A DNA stretch of 64,000 nt from Laetmonice hystrix (lineage: Eukaryota): positions 25,172,001 to 25,236,000 of the forward strand of contig OZ249447.1 in the NCBI GenBank assembly GCA_965235115.1. The letters run 5' to 3'. Made by a program: the position numbers and the translations under genes. Below are positions 51,801-60,611 of this stretch, piece after piece. The first letter of the stretch is position 1; every line of letters begins with the position of its first letter. Under the pieces are notes generated by a model, which saw only the letters and a list, made by a program, of their open reading frames with translations, searched no databases and was not told the DNA's origin.

Positions 51801-54800
51801 CTTGTGCAGGAATGATTGACAAAAATGCATGAACCAAAAAAAAAAACATAACAAAGCACCAATTGTACAGGACTTGTGACCTACCGACTGGTGCAGAGTT
51901 GTTAGTTTTATCCTCTGCTGTAAATATATATATATGATTCATTGAGGAAACCCCCACAATGCCATGACCTTCATAAGGCCAATGGACCAAGTGGGCATGC
52001 GTGTGAGCATGCGCAGAGTAATTCTCGTGAAGTGGGCACCCTCGCATCACCAATACTATGAGGAGCAGGACTAAATGAAAACATCCAACCGTGCCTGTGT
52101 GTTCTGCAGATAGTACTGTGACCAAACAATTGTTAGTCCTTTGACAGAGACCAAAGTTAATGACCATATGAAACAATCATGAAGCCAAAATGTAGTTGTC
52201 ATGTTTTAGATTCTTAATCCATGCAAGTGCAAACATTTTGCACCCCCAGTTGACGGTGATCGTTGGCTCATGTTGTTGTCCTTTGGCCACTTGGTGAACC
52301 CGTGGGGGGGAAAAACCAATTTTGGATGCAAGCACAAGTAGAATATTTTATCAAGTCGTGGTAATTAGCTGAGAATGACTACCAAGTTCTGTTCTGGGTT
52401 TCTAGACTAGGAGTCAAATTCTAGGAGTTTGTTTTTTATGTCCTTTTCTTTGATTTTTTTGGGGGAAGTATGAGAGTATGTCTTACTGGACGCATCGCAA
52501 CCGCAAGTGGGAAACCGACCAAAGCAATAATTGTAAACTTGCTAATCACAAATAGCGGATTTCATATGGAATGTATGGCTGTCTGTATTTCAAGTCAGAG
52601 CACCAGATAGTACTGTCTTTACAAAGTCTAGTTGTAGTTTTGTTTTTTGTCATTGCCTTAGCATTTCGTCATTGAAACAGATTTGCTTGACGATATTTTT
52701 TTTTCTTCCTTGCATGATGGCACCCATCCCTTGTCCTGTGTTGTATAAGCTGGTACATGCTTGCGGTGGGTACCCTGGCCCTGTGGTTCGTTCGTATAGC
52801 AGTGGCCGGGCAGGGGGTAGCACACGTTATGTGATAGGGCCTGTGAGGGCAGGTAACTCCAGTCGACAAGCACACATTGCATTGGTAGAGAGGCCGCGCC
52901 GACCTTCAGGTATCTTGTAATCGGAGGCAATGCTCCCTGACTGTGGCTGTTTTTTCCTGACCAAGGTTTCACTGTGGCTTTTCATTTTCTAGCATTTTGT
53001 CATTGATTGTCCCTGAAGAGCGTTGACTGCAATTGATATTTAAAAGAGAAAAAGAAAAGAAAAGGCAGTTAACAAATTAAAACTCCTACCCCTCTTGTTA
53101 TAAGTGTCGTTACTTGTTGCCATCTCCAGTCAGATACCATTTGTGTACGTCTATATGAGACGAGGAAGGTTACATGATACATTTTAATGTTTTATGTATC
53201 AAGGCACTTTAACTGTAACCATGATGATGGAGATGATGATTATGATGATGATTATGATGGCAATATATTGTGATGTTGATGTTGTCAGGAAAAGGCATGC
53301 ACATGCAGAGAGCTTGCACCCAGCTAGAAGTGGCTCGCATGCTGAACCCAAAACACCTAGGTTGTATTTTGCTGTCCTTGAGTTAAACTTTGTAACCTAC
53401 AAATTTCCCAAAAGCAGAGCCTCTATAACGACCAAGAACCATGCATGCATTCTGTCATTGAAATGGGGACAAATCTATGCCATGAAGAACTTACTTTTTG
53501 GTCTTATACTATATATATATAAGAGTATGTGAAGCGTGACCGATGTAAATACGATATTAATACCTTGTTTCACAATGAGAGACAACATATTTTCCTCCTT
53601 GCATTCGGGGTGCAAGGTCTTATTTGCTTGTAGTACTCTTAGTGGTAAATTAAGGCGATTGAGGAAGAAGTGTAATATAATAGTGATAGCAGATTTGTAG
53701 CATACACAGTGACGGTCTTAATAAGATCATACCAGTATGAAACCAAACTTAGACATGGAGTGTTTTTGACATAATTTCTTCTGCCCAGATTGTTGTTTCA
53801 GTCGTTGATGGTGCAGTTATAGTGCGGTTATAGATGTAAACAATTGGAGAAACCTTGGATTTTCTTTTTTTTTTTTGATTTTTTTTTGGTCATTGTCAAA
53901 CTAGTCAGACCAAGAATATGTACCAAGACAAATTGATATTAGTTGGTTTTAATCAATTTCTCTTTTGACGATTCTCATACGAACTGTTGGTGTTTAAAAA
54001 AAGTTTTAAGAATTGCATCCAAGGTATGGAAACGGGAGAAATGACGAGCGAAAACTGTTGGAGGGGTGAACGGTATATAGATATTATATATATACATATA
54101 ACTAACCTGTAATGATAAGGGCTCATGTTTTTCTTACATTTTCACTTGATATGTGAATATTTCCATGGTAACTCCATTGTAAGCCAGATATCTAGGGGAT
54201 ACAGTAGATTGAATGAGAGAGCGAGAGAGGTTCAGGTAAGACATGATCTTCACCTTTACTCTCTATCTGTCCCTAAGTAGGAGGGACAACATTTAGGTTT
54301 TTTTTACCTTGATTACTAAGGTTTTTGTTCAAAGTGTTAAAGCCATTCATGGTTTTTATGAAATAAAAATTTTTAATGCCACTATAAAGTCGTTTGTATT
54401 TTCTGCAGCATTAAGTAATGCATCCTTGCCTGGTAGGAATTTAGGGTAACACTAAATTGCCTGACTTTGTAAACACAAATTTTTGACATTGAAGTCTCTT
54501 CGTAAATGTCATCTCCGTTATGATAACGTTAATCTTATCCTTTCCATCCCCGTTAGGTGCTTTTGTGTATGTCCTGCTTCAAAAGTTGTATAACGGCTTC
54601 ATAAATTCGGTCTTTTCCGTTTGGTTACCGTCCTTCATGCTTTTTTTGTGATTCTAACAATTCCGAATGGCCCTCCACATATGATGTTGCTTCAATACCT
54701 TTAGCCCTTGTAACATATTTCCATGGCAGCAAACGAAATGTTCAAATACAAATTTCAATATTCTTGCAGGCACTCTTAAAGAAATTAGTCCTAGACATTC

Positions 54801-56453
54801 TACTCAACTTGTATCCATACACCCAATCGAAATGAAATCTGAAAAAAAAACCACGAACACTGAAGAAACTTCAGGGGTCATGGTTGGATGGGCCACGTTT
54901 CTGTCTGTTTCGATTCTCTTGGTCTCATTGCTGTATTGTTTGGGCTGTAAGAGGAATCCGCCAACGCCAATTGTAGAGAGTTCCTAACTAACCGCTGTCT
55001 AATTGGTACATGTAGCTTTATGTTGAAGTGACAGCACCCTGCAGATGTACCGAAGGATGCGGGGCGGGCGGGCAGGCTCTCTGGCAGGCATTGCTCTCTG
55101 GCAGTCAGTAGATTCGACTGCAGTGTTGCCGAGCATTGTTAGCAGCTTGTGCATGGTGTCGTCAACACACACGAGCTGCCCTGCCCAGGTCATACAAGGT
55201 TTGGTGATAATTGTCGGTGCTTCCTTGGAGCAACTTCCACCAATTGACGACCAGCGAACCACAAGGTATGAGTACCTCAAACAGAGTGTGAATAAGCGAT
55301 TGGCTGGCAAAGCCTACAGCGTGTTTCTTTAACGTGTGGTTCCTTTCAGTTTCCACTTGTCAATATCCTGCTACTTCTTTACGCCACCTTTGTGGTGTGG
55401 GACAGGCCCTGGCCTGTTTTGTTTGGTTTGAATGCCAGACAGGAATCCCCCTCCCCCCGAGTCCTCTAGGTGTTGTCCTTAAGCGTCTTCCCCCAATTCT
55501 ATAAATCCCTGTTCAAGTTTTTCTTTGGTTCAAGTGTGAATGCTCGTATAAAGACGCACGGAAGGCTGTTTTGTTTGTGTGACAGCCTGGTTTGGACTGT
55601 TTGACAACTGTTGGCCCAGTATCGGTCCCCAAGCCGTGATCAGGGGCTGACTGTCAAAGGCCCCTTCCTTTCAAGCAAGGATATCCTCGGAAGGATCAGG
55701 TAATTTTGAATACACCAGCTCAAGACTGTTGACAGTGACGATACATTTGACACAAAAAACACAAGAACTCAGTTTATCAGCCCCTTCATTTTTCATCATC
55801 TATATAATATATATATATTAATACAGCAGGAAGAGAAAAGAGAAACGGGAAGTCCAGATGTCGCCAACATATTGCACATGCGCCCTGGTTTGCCGCTGTG
55901 TGCCCAGTTACGTGATCTGTTGCATGTCTTTGTGAAGTGTTTAGTACACCAACCGTACTGCACTGCCAACTGTTTTAGTTGGACACCTCAGACTACGTCT
56001 TGTTTGTTTCCATTGAGCTGTGGTGTGATCTCTCTTGGCGTCAGCCTTGTACCTCTGTGTGCATCCACGTCAGGCCAGACAGCATCTGCGTGGATGTGAC
56101 GTCATGGACATGCCGTCAGTTTGTAGCCGCCATTTTAGCACTCTCTGATCTGTTTTTCTTTCTGTTTTCAGATACGTGTAGTTAACGCTTTCCAAGAACC
56201 CGCTGCTACCCCTGCACAAATGCCTTTTAGGGGACGAACTTCCCTCGCTTCCTTGGCCTCCGTTGCTGCCAAACCTGAGCCTTCCAAAAGTGAGCCTAAG
56301 GTTGTTGGGGGCGAGGCCAAATCTGCCGAACCAAAGGTTGAGGGTACCCCCACCACTCCTCCTCCAGATGGGGCTGTCACCCCTCCAGCAAAGGTGGAAC
56401 TGACAAGCAGAGACAATCCCGATAAAGGCGGAAGGGGCGAAACGTGTGTCTAA
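3337..56453 (+). CDS. ATP2B: Plasma-membrane calcium-transporting ATPase (PMCA, P2B-type), multi-exon gene model; 5' end (first coding exon) is outside the window
   Basis: 18 spliced core exons give one open frame with P-type ATPase motifs ([48 protein letters not shown]) and the PMCA-specific CaM-binding start [15 protein letters not shown]. Three alternative terminal exons follow. Confidence 0.98.
3877..5170. repeat. Minisatellite of 42-bp and 31-bp units (TTGTACCGGGAGTGCCAGGGTTAACGTC...), with a 115-bp higher-order unit in part
   Basis: Directly visible tandem copies; the repeat-derived ORFs recur at 115-bp offsets. Confidence 0.95.
5280..5297 (+). CDS. ATP2B: Candidate 18-nt microexon in the TM1-TM2 extracellular loop (adds ETEGLH)
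   Basis: Branch-like TACTGAC (A at 5248), pyrimidine tract, ttcag|AAACAGAAGGCCTGCACG|gtgagt; phase 1-1, no stop; TGCATG at 5230-5235. Confidence 0.7.
6853..7150. mobile_element. MITE (~300 bp) with perfect 26-bp TIRs and an apparent 9-bp target duplication (Mutator-like)
   Basis: CAATCTAATTAAAATTAGATCTTAGT and its exact reverse complement; GTCCGACCA at 6844-6852 and 7152-7160; the interior is also imperfectly palindromic. Confidence 0.85.
7989..8098. repeat. 22-bp minisatellite x5 (GGTGCCCCTGGTGCATGGCCAA)
   Basis: Direct tandem copies. Confidence 0.95.
8343..8354 (+). CDS. ATP2B: Candidate 12-nt microexon in the TM1-TM2 extracellular loop (adds ASDA and changes the next residue to M)
   Basis: tttgtgtttatttatacgctgcag|CCTCCGATGCGA|gtaagt; consensus donor, phase 1-1, no stop. 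Confidence 0.55.
9778..9837. repeat. (GCA)20 trinucleotide microsatellite
   Basis: Pure run; explains the poly-Ala and poly-Leu ORFs in the track. Confidence 0.97.
10401..11306. repeat. GC-rich minisatellite of 46-bp units with 59-bp variants, about 19 copies
   Basis: GGCTCAGGCTGTGAATGGGTCGTTTGGCGG... recurs at 46 or 59 bp spacing. Confidence 0.95.
13108..14038. repeat. 34-bp minisatellite (TGTAAACTGCGCCACAGCATGACAAAGTCAGACC) with a local 50-bp variant
   Basis: Direct tandem copies, decaying at the right end. Confidence 0.95.
14518..14925. mobile_element. Possible old MITE with degenerate inverted ends
   Basis: TTTTTTCTGAGGGGACAAC...TCATTCGAAGGCCAG near 14520-14575 matches the reverse complement of 14865-14925 imperfectly. 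Confidence 0.35.
17053..17289 (+). CDS. ATP2B: PMCA exon: TM2 and start of actuator domain ([14 protein letters not shown]...DICQVKY)
   Basis: ttcag| acceptor, G|gtaagt donor, 237 nt, phase 1-1. Confidence 0.97.
17577..17702 (+). CDS. ATP2B: PMCA exon: actuator domain with TGES motif (GDLLPADG...DPMLLS)
   Basis: atag| acceptor, G|gtacat donor, 126 nt, phase 1-1. Confidence 0.97.
18011..18314. repeat. 18/19-bp minisatellite (xxxxGGGCGTTGGTACG), about 16 copies
   Basis: Direct tandem copies. Confidence 0.95.
18315..19191. repeat. 88-bp tandem repeat, 10 near-identical copies, abutting the previous array
   Basis: GTACACCCGTCATTAATGGGACGG...CTGATGAAC at 88-bp spacing; two variants, GCCG and GTGA. 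Confidence 0.96.
20392..20518 (+). repeat. Dispersed repeat family, copy 1 (other copies at 36216-36343 and a more diverged one at about 540-745)
   Basis: Shares TAAAGATCCATAGCCCTGACCTTATC and CCTGACCTTCACCCGAACCCCTGCCCA exactly with the 36216 copy, and a GTGGG..ATGGGGGAT end. Confidence 0.75.
20915..21102. other. Assembly gap (188 N) inside a GC-rich, microsatellite-rich intronic segment
   Basis: Run of N. Confidence 1.
22221..22850. repeat. 60-bp tandem repeat, 9 full copies plus truncated copies
   Basis: CATGTCTAGGATCAAACCTTACTCC...GGTGTACG; source of the 236-aa repeat ORF. Confidence 0.96.
24970..25130 (-). mobile_element. Possible decayed non-LTR retrotransposon reverse transcriptase fragment
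   Basis: Frameshifted peptides LGLNIN and [10 protein letters not shown]...FTY resemble the GLxINxxKT...IxGExLEQVxxFxYLG stretch of RTE/L2-type RTs; judged by eye only. Confidence 0.25.
27101..28226. repeat. 47/48-bp minisatellite (GTGTATCTAATCAATGCAATCCGGCGGGG...), about 24 copies, with a 95-bp dimer in the middle
   Basis: Direct tandem copies; the repeat-derived ORFs recur at 95-bp offsets. Confidence 0.95.
28741..29440. repeat. 60-bp minisatellite, about 12 copies, ending at the pyrimidine tract of the exon at 29470
   Basis: ACGCGCTGTTCCCAGGTGGGATATTGTTGAGGGGATACTGTTGATTTGATTTGTTGTGTG. Confidence 0.95.
29470..29610 (+). CDS. ATP2B: PMCA exon: [11 protein letters not shown]...KKKNKDD, ending at the splice site A position
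   Basis: tacag| acceptor, G|gtaagt donor, 141 nt, phase 1-1; not recovered in the correct frame by the ORF track. Confidence 0.97.
29943..29963 (+). CDS. ATP2B: Candidate 21-nt microexon at splice site A (GPQPTTP)
   Basis: tgctgctactaacag|GACCACAACCGACAACACCAC|gtaagt; phase 1-1, no stop; TGC motifs 10-15 nt upstream, ACTAAC on both sides. Confidence 0.72.
31326..31355 (+). CDS. ATP2B: Candidate 30-nt cassette microexon at splice site A ([10 protein letters not shown]); an alternative in-frame acceptor gives 24 nt from 31332
   Basis: Long T/C tract ending actag|, donor G|gtgcgt, phase 1-1, TGCATG at 31433-31438. Confidence 0.5.
31698..31826. repeat. 45-bp tandem repeat x3
   Basis: GGAACACAGTTCTGCACATTTAGATGTTCCACAT at 31701, 31746 and 31791. 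Confidence 0.93.
31945..31980 (+). CDS. ATP2B: Candidate 36-nt cassette exon at splice site A ([12 protein letters not shown]); an alternative in-frame acceptor gives 24 nt from 31957
   Basis: Strong pyrimidine tract ending ttcag|, donor A|gtacgt (same hexamer as the donors at 36498 and 44418), phase 1-1, open. Confidence 0.4.
34902..35144 (+). CDS. ATP2B: PMCA exon: lysine/glutamate-rich first cytosolic loop, phospholipid-binding region and start of TM3 ([20 protein letters not shown])
   Basis: ccag| acceptor, G|gtcaga donor, 243 nt, phase 1-1. Confidence 0.95.
35136..35225 (+). repeat. Tandem triplication (38 and 36 bp spacing) of an exon-intron junction
   Basis: GCTATGCAG|GTCAGAC at 35136, 35174 and 35210. 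Confidence 0.9.
35369..35571 (+). CDS. ATP2B: PMCA exon: TM3-TM4 with VPEGLPLA
   Basis: ccag| acceptor, AGA|gtaagt donor, 203 nt, phase 1-0. Confidence 0.97.
35800..35935 (+). CDS. ATP2B: PMCA exon: phosphorylation domain with DKTGT (catalytic Asp codon 35878-35880)
   Basis: ttcag| acceptor, G|gtacga donor, 136 nt, phase 0-1. Confidence 0.98.
36216..36343 (+). repeat. Dispersed repeat family, copy 2
   Basis: Two exact 26-27 bp matches to 20392-20518. Confidence 0.75.
36391..36497 (+). CDS. ATP2B: PMCA exon: GKHYITTP...[13 protein letters not shown]
   Basis: caag| acceptor, ATG|gtacgt donor, 107 nt, phase 1-0. Confidence 0.93.
37301..37657. mobile_element. MITE (357 bp) with 14-bp TIRs and a 5-bp target duplication ATAGA
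   Basis: CAGGGTTCCCAGCC ... GGCTGGCAACCCTG (13/14 match); ATAGA on both flanks; internal (T)CAGGGAA subrepeats. Confidence 0.85.
37739..37980 (+). CDS. ATP2B: PMCA exon: nucleotide-binding domain (GNKTECSLL...FNSVRKSMS...KGASEIVL)
   Basis: cacag| acceptor, AA|gtaagt donor, 242 nt, phase 0-2. Confidence 0.97.
38191..38336 (+). CDS. ATP2B: PMCA exon: CTWIL...[23 protein letters not shown]
   Basis: ttcag| acceptor, G|gtaggt donor, 146 nt, phase 2-1. Confidence 0.95.
38654..38775 (+). CDS. ATP2B: PMCA exon: EPNWDDED...[10 protein letters not shown]
   Basis: tgcag| acceptor, GAG|gtaagt donor, 122 nt, phase 1-0. Confidence 0.96.
38888..40082. repeat. 40-bp minisatellite, about 30 copies, filling about 90% of the intron 38776-40090
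   Basis: CCCTGATTGGGTGGTTGCCTTAGGAAGCCCAGAATGGTGT; the last copy runs into the real acceptor. Confidence 0.96.
40091..40270 (+). CDS. ATP2B: PMCA exon: [22 protein letters not shown]...
   Basis: ccag| acceptor, GAG|gtaagg donor, 180 nt, phase 0-0. Confidence 0.97.
41528..41722 (+). CDS. ATP2B: PMCA exon: hinge region LARSSPQDK...[20 protein letters not shown]
   Basis: tacag| acceptor, ATG|gtcagt donor, 195 nt, phase 0-0. Confidence 0.97.
42135..42326 (+). CDS. ATP2B: PMCA exon: [16 protein letters not shown]...TM5
   Basis: gcag| acceptor, AAG|gttcgt donor, 192 nt, phase 0-0. Confidence 0.97.
43710..43923 (+). CDS. ATP2B: PMCA exon: TM6-TM7 ([27 protein letters not shown]...)
   Basis: cacag| acceptor, G|gtcagt donor, 214 nt, phase 0-1. 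Confidence 0.97.
44206..44417 (+). CDS. ATP2B: PMCA exon: TM8 ([25 protein letters not shown]) to TM9
   Basis: ccag| acceptor, CAG|gtacgt donor, 212 nt, phase 1-0. Confidence 0.97.
44702..44809 (+). CDS. ATP2B: PMCA exon: TM9-TM10 ([11 protein letters not shown]...[17 protein letters not shown])
   Basis: gtag| acceptor, CAG|gtaaac donor, 108 nt, phase 0-0; absent from the ORF track in this frame. Confidence 0.96.
44977..45165 (+). CDS. ATP2B: PMCA exon: post-TM10 tail and first half of the calmodulin-binding domain ([17 protein letters not shown]), ending at splice site C
   Basis: ttcag| acceptor, CAG|gtaggt donor, 189 nt, phase 0-0. Confidence 0.97.
47280..47375. repeat. 32-bp tandem repeat x3
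   Basis: CAATTCTAACATGGTATTCCTTGACCCATTGG. Confidence 0.9.
49120..49515 (+). CDS. ATP2B: Alternative last coding exon 1 ([19 protein letters not shown]...KLYETTI*), 131 aa
   Basis: ctacag| acceptor, phase 0; (L/I)RVVxAF completes the CaM-binding domain; ends in a class I PDZ-type motif ETTI. Confidence 0.9.
   Translation, partial: LRVVRAFKSTLEDLEEKRSIHSFHSLHSIRSSRSHQGHRPLSEELYVYHHQCHYPIRKSPSVGQNGSYTNMAMVIQEHNFKNGKSRSAENVALVDSAFAPPMVVVQGASNNPSPRTLSSSDLSQKLYETTI
51439..51624 (+). CDS. ATP2B: Alternative last coding exon 2 ([12 protein letters not shown]...EREARC*), 61 aa
   Basis: tttttcag| acceptor, phase 0; IRVVNAFR is the canonical PMCA CaM-binding continuation. Confidence 0.92.
   Translation: MRVVNAFRMGLDADSFDKRSLSSLHSQHSLQNLRMQVLKKSTSYDADASFKAYNDEREARC
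54362..54367 (+). terminator. Candidate polyadenylation signal for the isoform ending in terminal exon 2 (would imply a 3' UTR of about 2.8 kb)
   Basis: AATAAA followed by a T/GT-rich downstream element, located between terminal exons 2 and 3. Confidence 0.45.
56172..56453 (+). CDS. ATP2B: Alternative last coding exon 3 ([10 protein letters not shown]...GRGETCV*), 93 aa
   Basis: ttttcag| acceptor, phase 0; IRVVNAF start; ends in a class I PDZ-type motif ETCV as in mammalian b-type tails; only partly shown in the ORF track. Confidence 0.92.
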   Translation: MRVVNAFQEPAATPAQMPFRGRTSLASLASVAAKPEPSKSEPKVVGGEAKSAEPKVEGTPTTPPPDGAVTPPAKVELTSRDNPDKGGRGETCV

Positions 56454-59400
56454 ATTCCATCTCTTCTCTACTTGCGGAGGACACTCGGTCAATGTTTGTG
56501 AAAAAAAATGAGGCGAGCAGAGCAACCATGGAATCATGGGAACTGTTGAACCGCAAAACTTCCCGCAATGCAGCTCTGGCAAATTTCCTCTCTTCTCTTC
56601 ACTTTTCACTAGGATGTACTTACGGTTAATTACTAGACATATGCAGAGTCATTGGTGTGTGCACAGGGAGGACTGAATGGTTCCATATGCAATGATATCC
56701 ATCATTAATAACATTACTGGTAGAATTTGTGAAAGGGGAGACAGTTTATTAGGTTCTTGGGCATTACTAGTTCATAGAATACTAATAAGTCAATGGTAGC
56801 GAGAGAACGCGGAGGGGAACTCTTTGTCTTAAGGGTGTACTGCGACGTCATCGTTTGTTTGTTCCTGTGTTTGTCCGAAAGCACTTTTATGATGAGTTCA
56901 TTCAGTGCACAGTTCATATAATGTGTTCCTTATGCTCACTTGCACATCTGTCATCAGTGAGGTTGCAACCAACTGCAAACTGTAAAACTGAGTAAGGAGA
57001 GTCGACCAAGGTTCATCCATCTACTCATGGCTTCCGCTCACTCGTTGGACGACTGTTAACATTGCAAGGTCACGTGGTTTGATGCGAAAATGAGTTGTGG
57101 TAGTGACGTCACAGTCCAACCTCACTCTGAGAGCATAGTGTCATGACGTCACAGTAAGACCCGTTAGTAAGCGTAGAAGTAGCCTGACGGCTCATATAGA
57201 TTTGCACCTTCTGGTTTACCTCTCTCTCATACTTTCTTAACTTCTCATTGATTTTCATCTTTTATTTGAAATGTAGTGCGTTCCTAGTACTTCGATTGTT
57301 GCATGCATGTTTCTTCCTCTACATCACGTTTCTCCTTTAAAAAGAAATCCACCTTTACCATTTCCCGATTCATGATGCCTTTACCTGTCGTTCCCGCCTT
57401 CCTCGTGTGGTGCCATGTTTTAGACTTTAACACGTTTCAGTGTAGCAATTTAGAGGAGTTTTCTGGATTTCCCCCTGACTTGTCATCGTCTTCTGTTCGG
57501 TTTCGGAATTTGGGTGACTTGTGTGGTTGTGTTCAACACTGCGCACCTTAGTTCTTTTGTTGGTCCATGGTAGTTTGGGAGCTGTATAGTGCATGACCTC
57601 ACTAGGGCATTCTCCCCCACCTACCCACCCTTCGGGCCCGCACACGGTGTTTTTTTCCATAATTTTGTTGCCTCCTGCTTTGCATGCCTTATTTATGAAG
57701 TTTTGCGGTTCGTATAGTTGGTTGATCTGACTTACCATCTGTTTTGACTCTTCCCCTACTACTTATAATTACTGTTTTTAATGAGGGAAAGCAAGATCTG
57801 GTACCTTTCGGTATACATTCTGGAAAATTCTTGAATTCCTATTCTAAAGAAGAAAAAAGAAGGAAATTTACCCCCCAAACGGACTTTGCTAAATGAGAGT
57901 TATGAAATGTTAAAATCTATAGACACCTTACGTGGTGAACCCCAAAGAAGGCATTTGTCGCACCGGGGACGTAACTTTCCGAGACTGTGCGCTTTTTCGT
58001 CCCCGCGATGCTATCTCACGTCAGCTATACCCGCTGTATGAGTCTCTGAGTAGAGTGGTAGACAGTCCTTGCACAAGGGCGCCTCGTGTCCCATGACCAC
58101 CACACCCCCACCCCACCAAACAAACAACAATCTGAGCTTGGATACGTCGCGCACATTGTATACAGAGGCGCCTGCACGCGCGCGCACTTTTACACACATT
58201 GAAAAGTATGTTACTATCAGTGTTAGCCACATGCACGTGCCATGCAGACATCCCACGTTACGTGTTAGGTCGATCGCTCTTCTGCCTGAAAGGGCCATTG
58301 GCTAATACAACAGGAAAAAAGGTTGCACTAAAATCAGTCTTTTGGAATTTCATCGAAAAAAAAAAACAATCTACCGTAGGCATTATTATGGCACTCTTTT
58401 GAAATTATATTTAAAAAAACCAAATACTCTAACCCGGTATGTTATATTTAACGTGACAAAAATACTGAAGAAACATTTATACGGTTATATAGAACGAATG
58501 ACCAGCGCCTTGACATGTGATTTGCTGGCTAGGTTTACGACTCATTTTTGTGACGCCTTATTCAAGTTGCTGCTCTTCAAACCCAAAAAAGGCAACCCCT
58601 ACCTCCCCCTCCCCCTCTCCTTCCACTTCAAACACAAACATATTTCTGTATCGGACGTTACCGCTATGTCTGCACGTGAGGACTTCTCCAGGATGTATGC
58701 GTAAATCTAACTTAAAACTTGTATTTCGTCCAAACCAATCATGCCTCACTGACACTGTATATGTGCATACACAGTGTGTGTATTGTAGATTATGGATATT
58801 CACAGTGAGTACATGTTAACCGCCACAACAAGGTGGACAAGAAGTTTGCGTGTCACCTGCCAGATGGTATGGTGTGCTATCAGCGTCTTTTTCTAAAGTG
58901 GCCAACCCTCTTATTTGGGTCGTATATGGCGATCCTGGGACGCCCTCTCTGTTACTTGTTACATCTGGAACTATGCAAACGGGCTTTTAGGGACCGCCAT
59001 ATACGCTCACGTGACACACCAAGCGCATGCGTAAGTTGATCGTTTCCTGAGAGAGGTATTGTCCATAATGATGTGGTACGAATGGCTACAGGTCGAAGTT
59101 CCAAACGTTTACTGATCTGGTGCACGTTGTAGCTGGACCAAAGCATTAGACCTTGTTATAACTAACCCTAACGGATCTAGATATTTGTACTCGGTGCTAT
59201 TTAGTTGAGTTGGTAGAGCATTAGAGTTACAAGAAAAGGCTTGCAATCAAGAGGTCCTCTTCGAGCTTTCTCCGCGTGGTTAACAAAGCGCTTCGTCTGC
59301 AGACCCAGACACGAGTCTAGCGTGCCTATAGTTATAAACGGCCTGGTGTGGAACCTTATCATTAAGCATTTGCAGCGCGACGGCTTTTGTGGAATGACAG

Positions 59401-60524
59401 ACCCCAGATATTGTGTACAAAACGTCGGCAAATCGTGCTGGAGAAAACTGCCGATTGTTGTGAGTTGATTGAAGCCTCCCCCAACGTGAGCGTTATATTG
59501 GCGGAGGTAGAGGAGAAGAAGGAGAAGAAGAAGGGCCGAGATGGAGGAAGGCAGGCACGGAGAAGAAGTAATGACCTCGAGCCAGAAGGTGGGGCTGGCT
59601 GCGGGGAAAGGTTCTCAGGTTGTCTGGTATGTATATGATATGTATACGGCACACTTACCGGGTGGCCTGAGACGGGCCTGGGACGGGCGTTGGAGAGGCG
59701 GACGGACGGACGGTTTGGGCCTGGCGTGAACGGGAGGAGTTGGACACCCAAACGGACCTGCCCTCAACACGTGCTGGCTGTATAAAACAGAGGCATTCAA
59801 TAATCCCAAATCTACTACCAAATTACTCATGGACGTGAAAACCAAGGATATATATGAAAAACGGACACTATATTTACATATATGTGTATATATCGTACAT
59901 GTATATGCATATATATGTAAAAAATGTTATATAACAGTACGCGGTGAGACCAAAACAAATACAACAGTACGCTGCACACAGCCACATAGTTGAGTCATCG
60001 TTCAACAGATTGCTTGGTCCGACACAAAGTAAAGGCATCCTATATGAAACGAAGCCTAGGACTTACATATATATATGATACATATATGTATATATATTAT
60101 ACATGTGTATGCATGATGACTGTGTGTATTGGTGTACAGGTATTGACAGTGCGATGACGTTCGGAAGCGTAGGTGTGGTAGTCACCTACGCTCAAACTTG
60201 AATATATTGTTACTATCGTCATCGTGAGAATCATCATAGTGTCTCATTCAAATCCATGAGGATTGCTTTCCTGCAGAAGACTTCATCTGCCTGGATGGAC
60301 ATGAACATCACTCGTGATGTGACCTGATTCACTCGTGATGTGTGTGTGTAAATTATTAAACAGCGGGGCTGCATTCATGTGCACCACTATAGTCTTAGTG
60401 TAAAAGAAAATAACACAAAAGAAACACTGTACATTTGACAACTGCACTGTGGTGAAACTCGGTCCTCGTTGGAGACCAGTTTACTCTCTGCAAACATAAT
60501 GGATGAGTGGCCGTTAGGGGTAGG

Positions 60525-60611
60525 TGACGTCATTTCCGGTAGCGTTCCACCCGATTGGCCTGGTAGAAGAGCCCCGGATGCACGGCTGTACAAAGAGGTT
60601 CCCGCGCGGAA
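60525..60611. promoter_or_regulatory. Cluster of housekeeping-promoter-type motifs (CRE, ETS, reverse CCAAT, E2F-like)
   Basis: TGACGTCA 60525-60532, TTTCCGGT 60533-60540, GATTGG 60553-60558, TTCCCGCGCGGAA 60599-60611; motif matches only. Confidence 0.3.
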
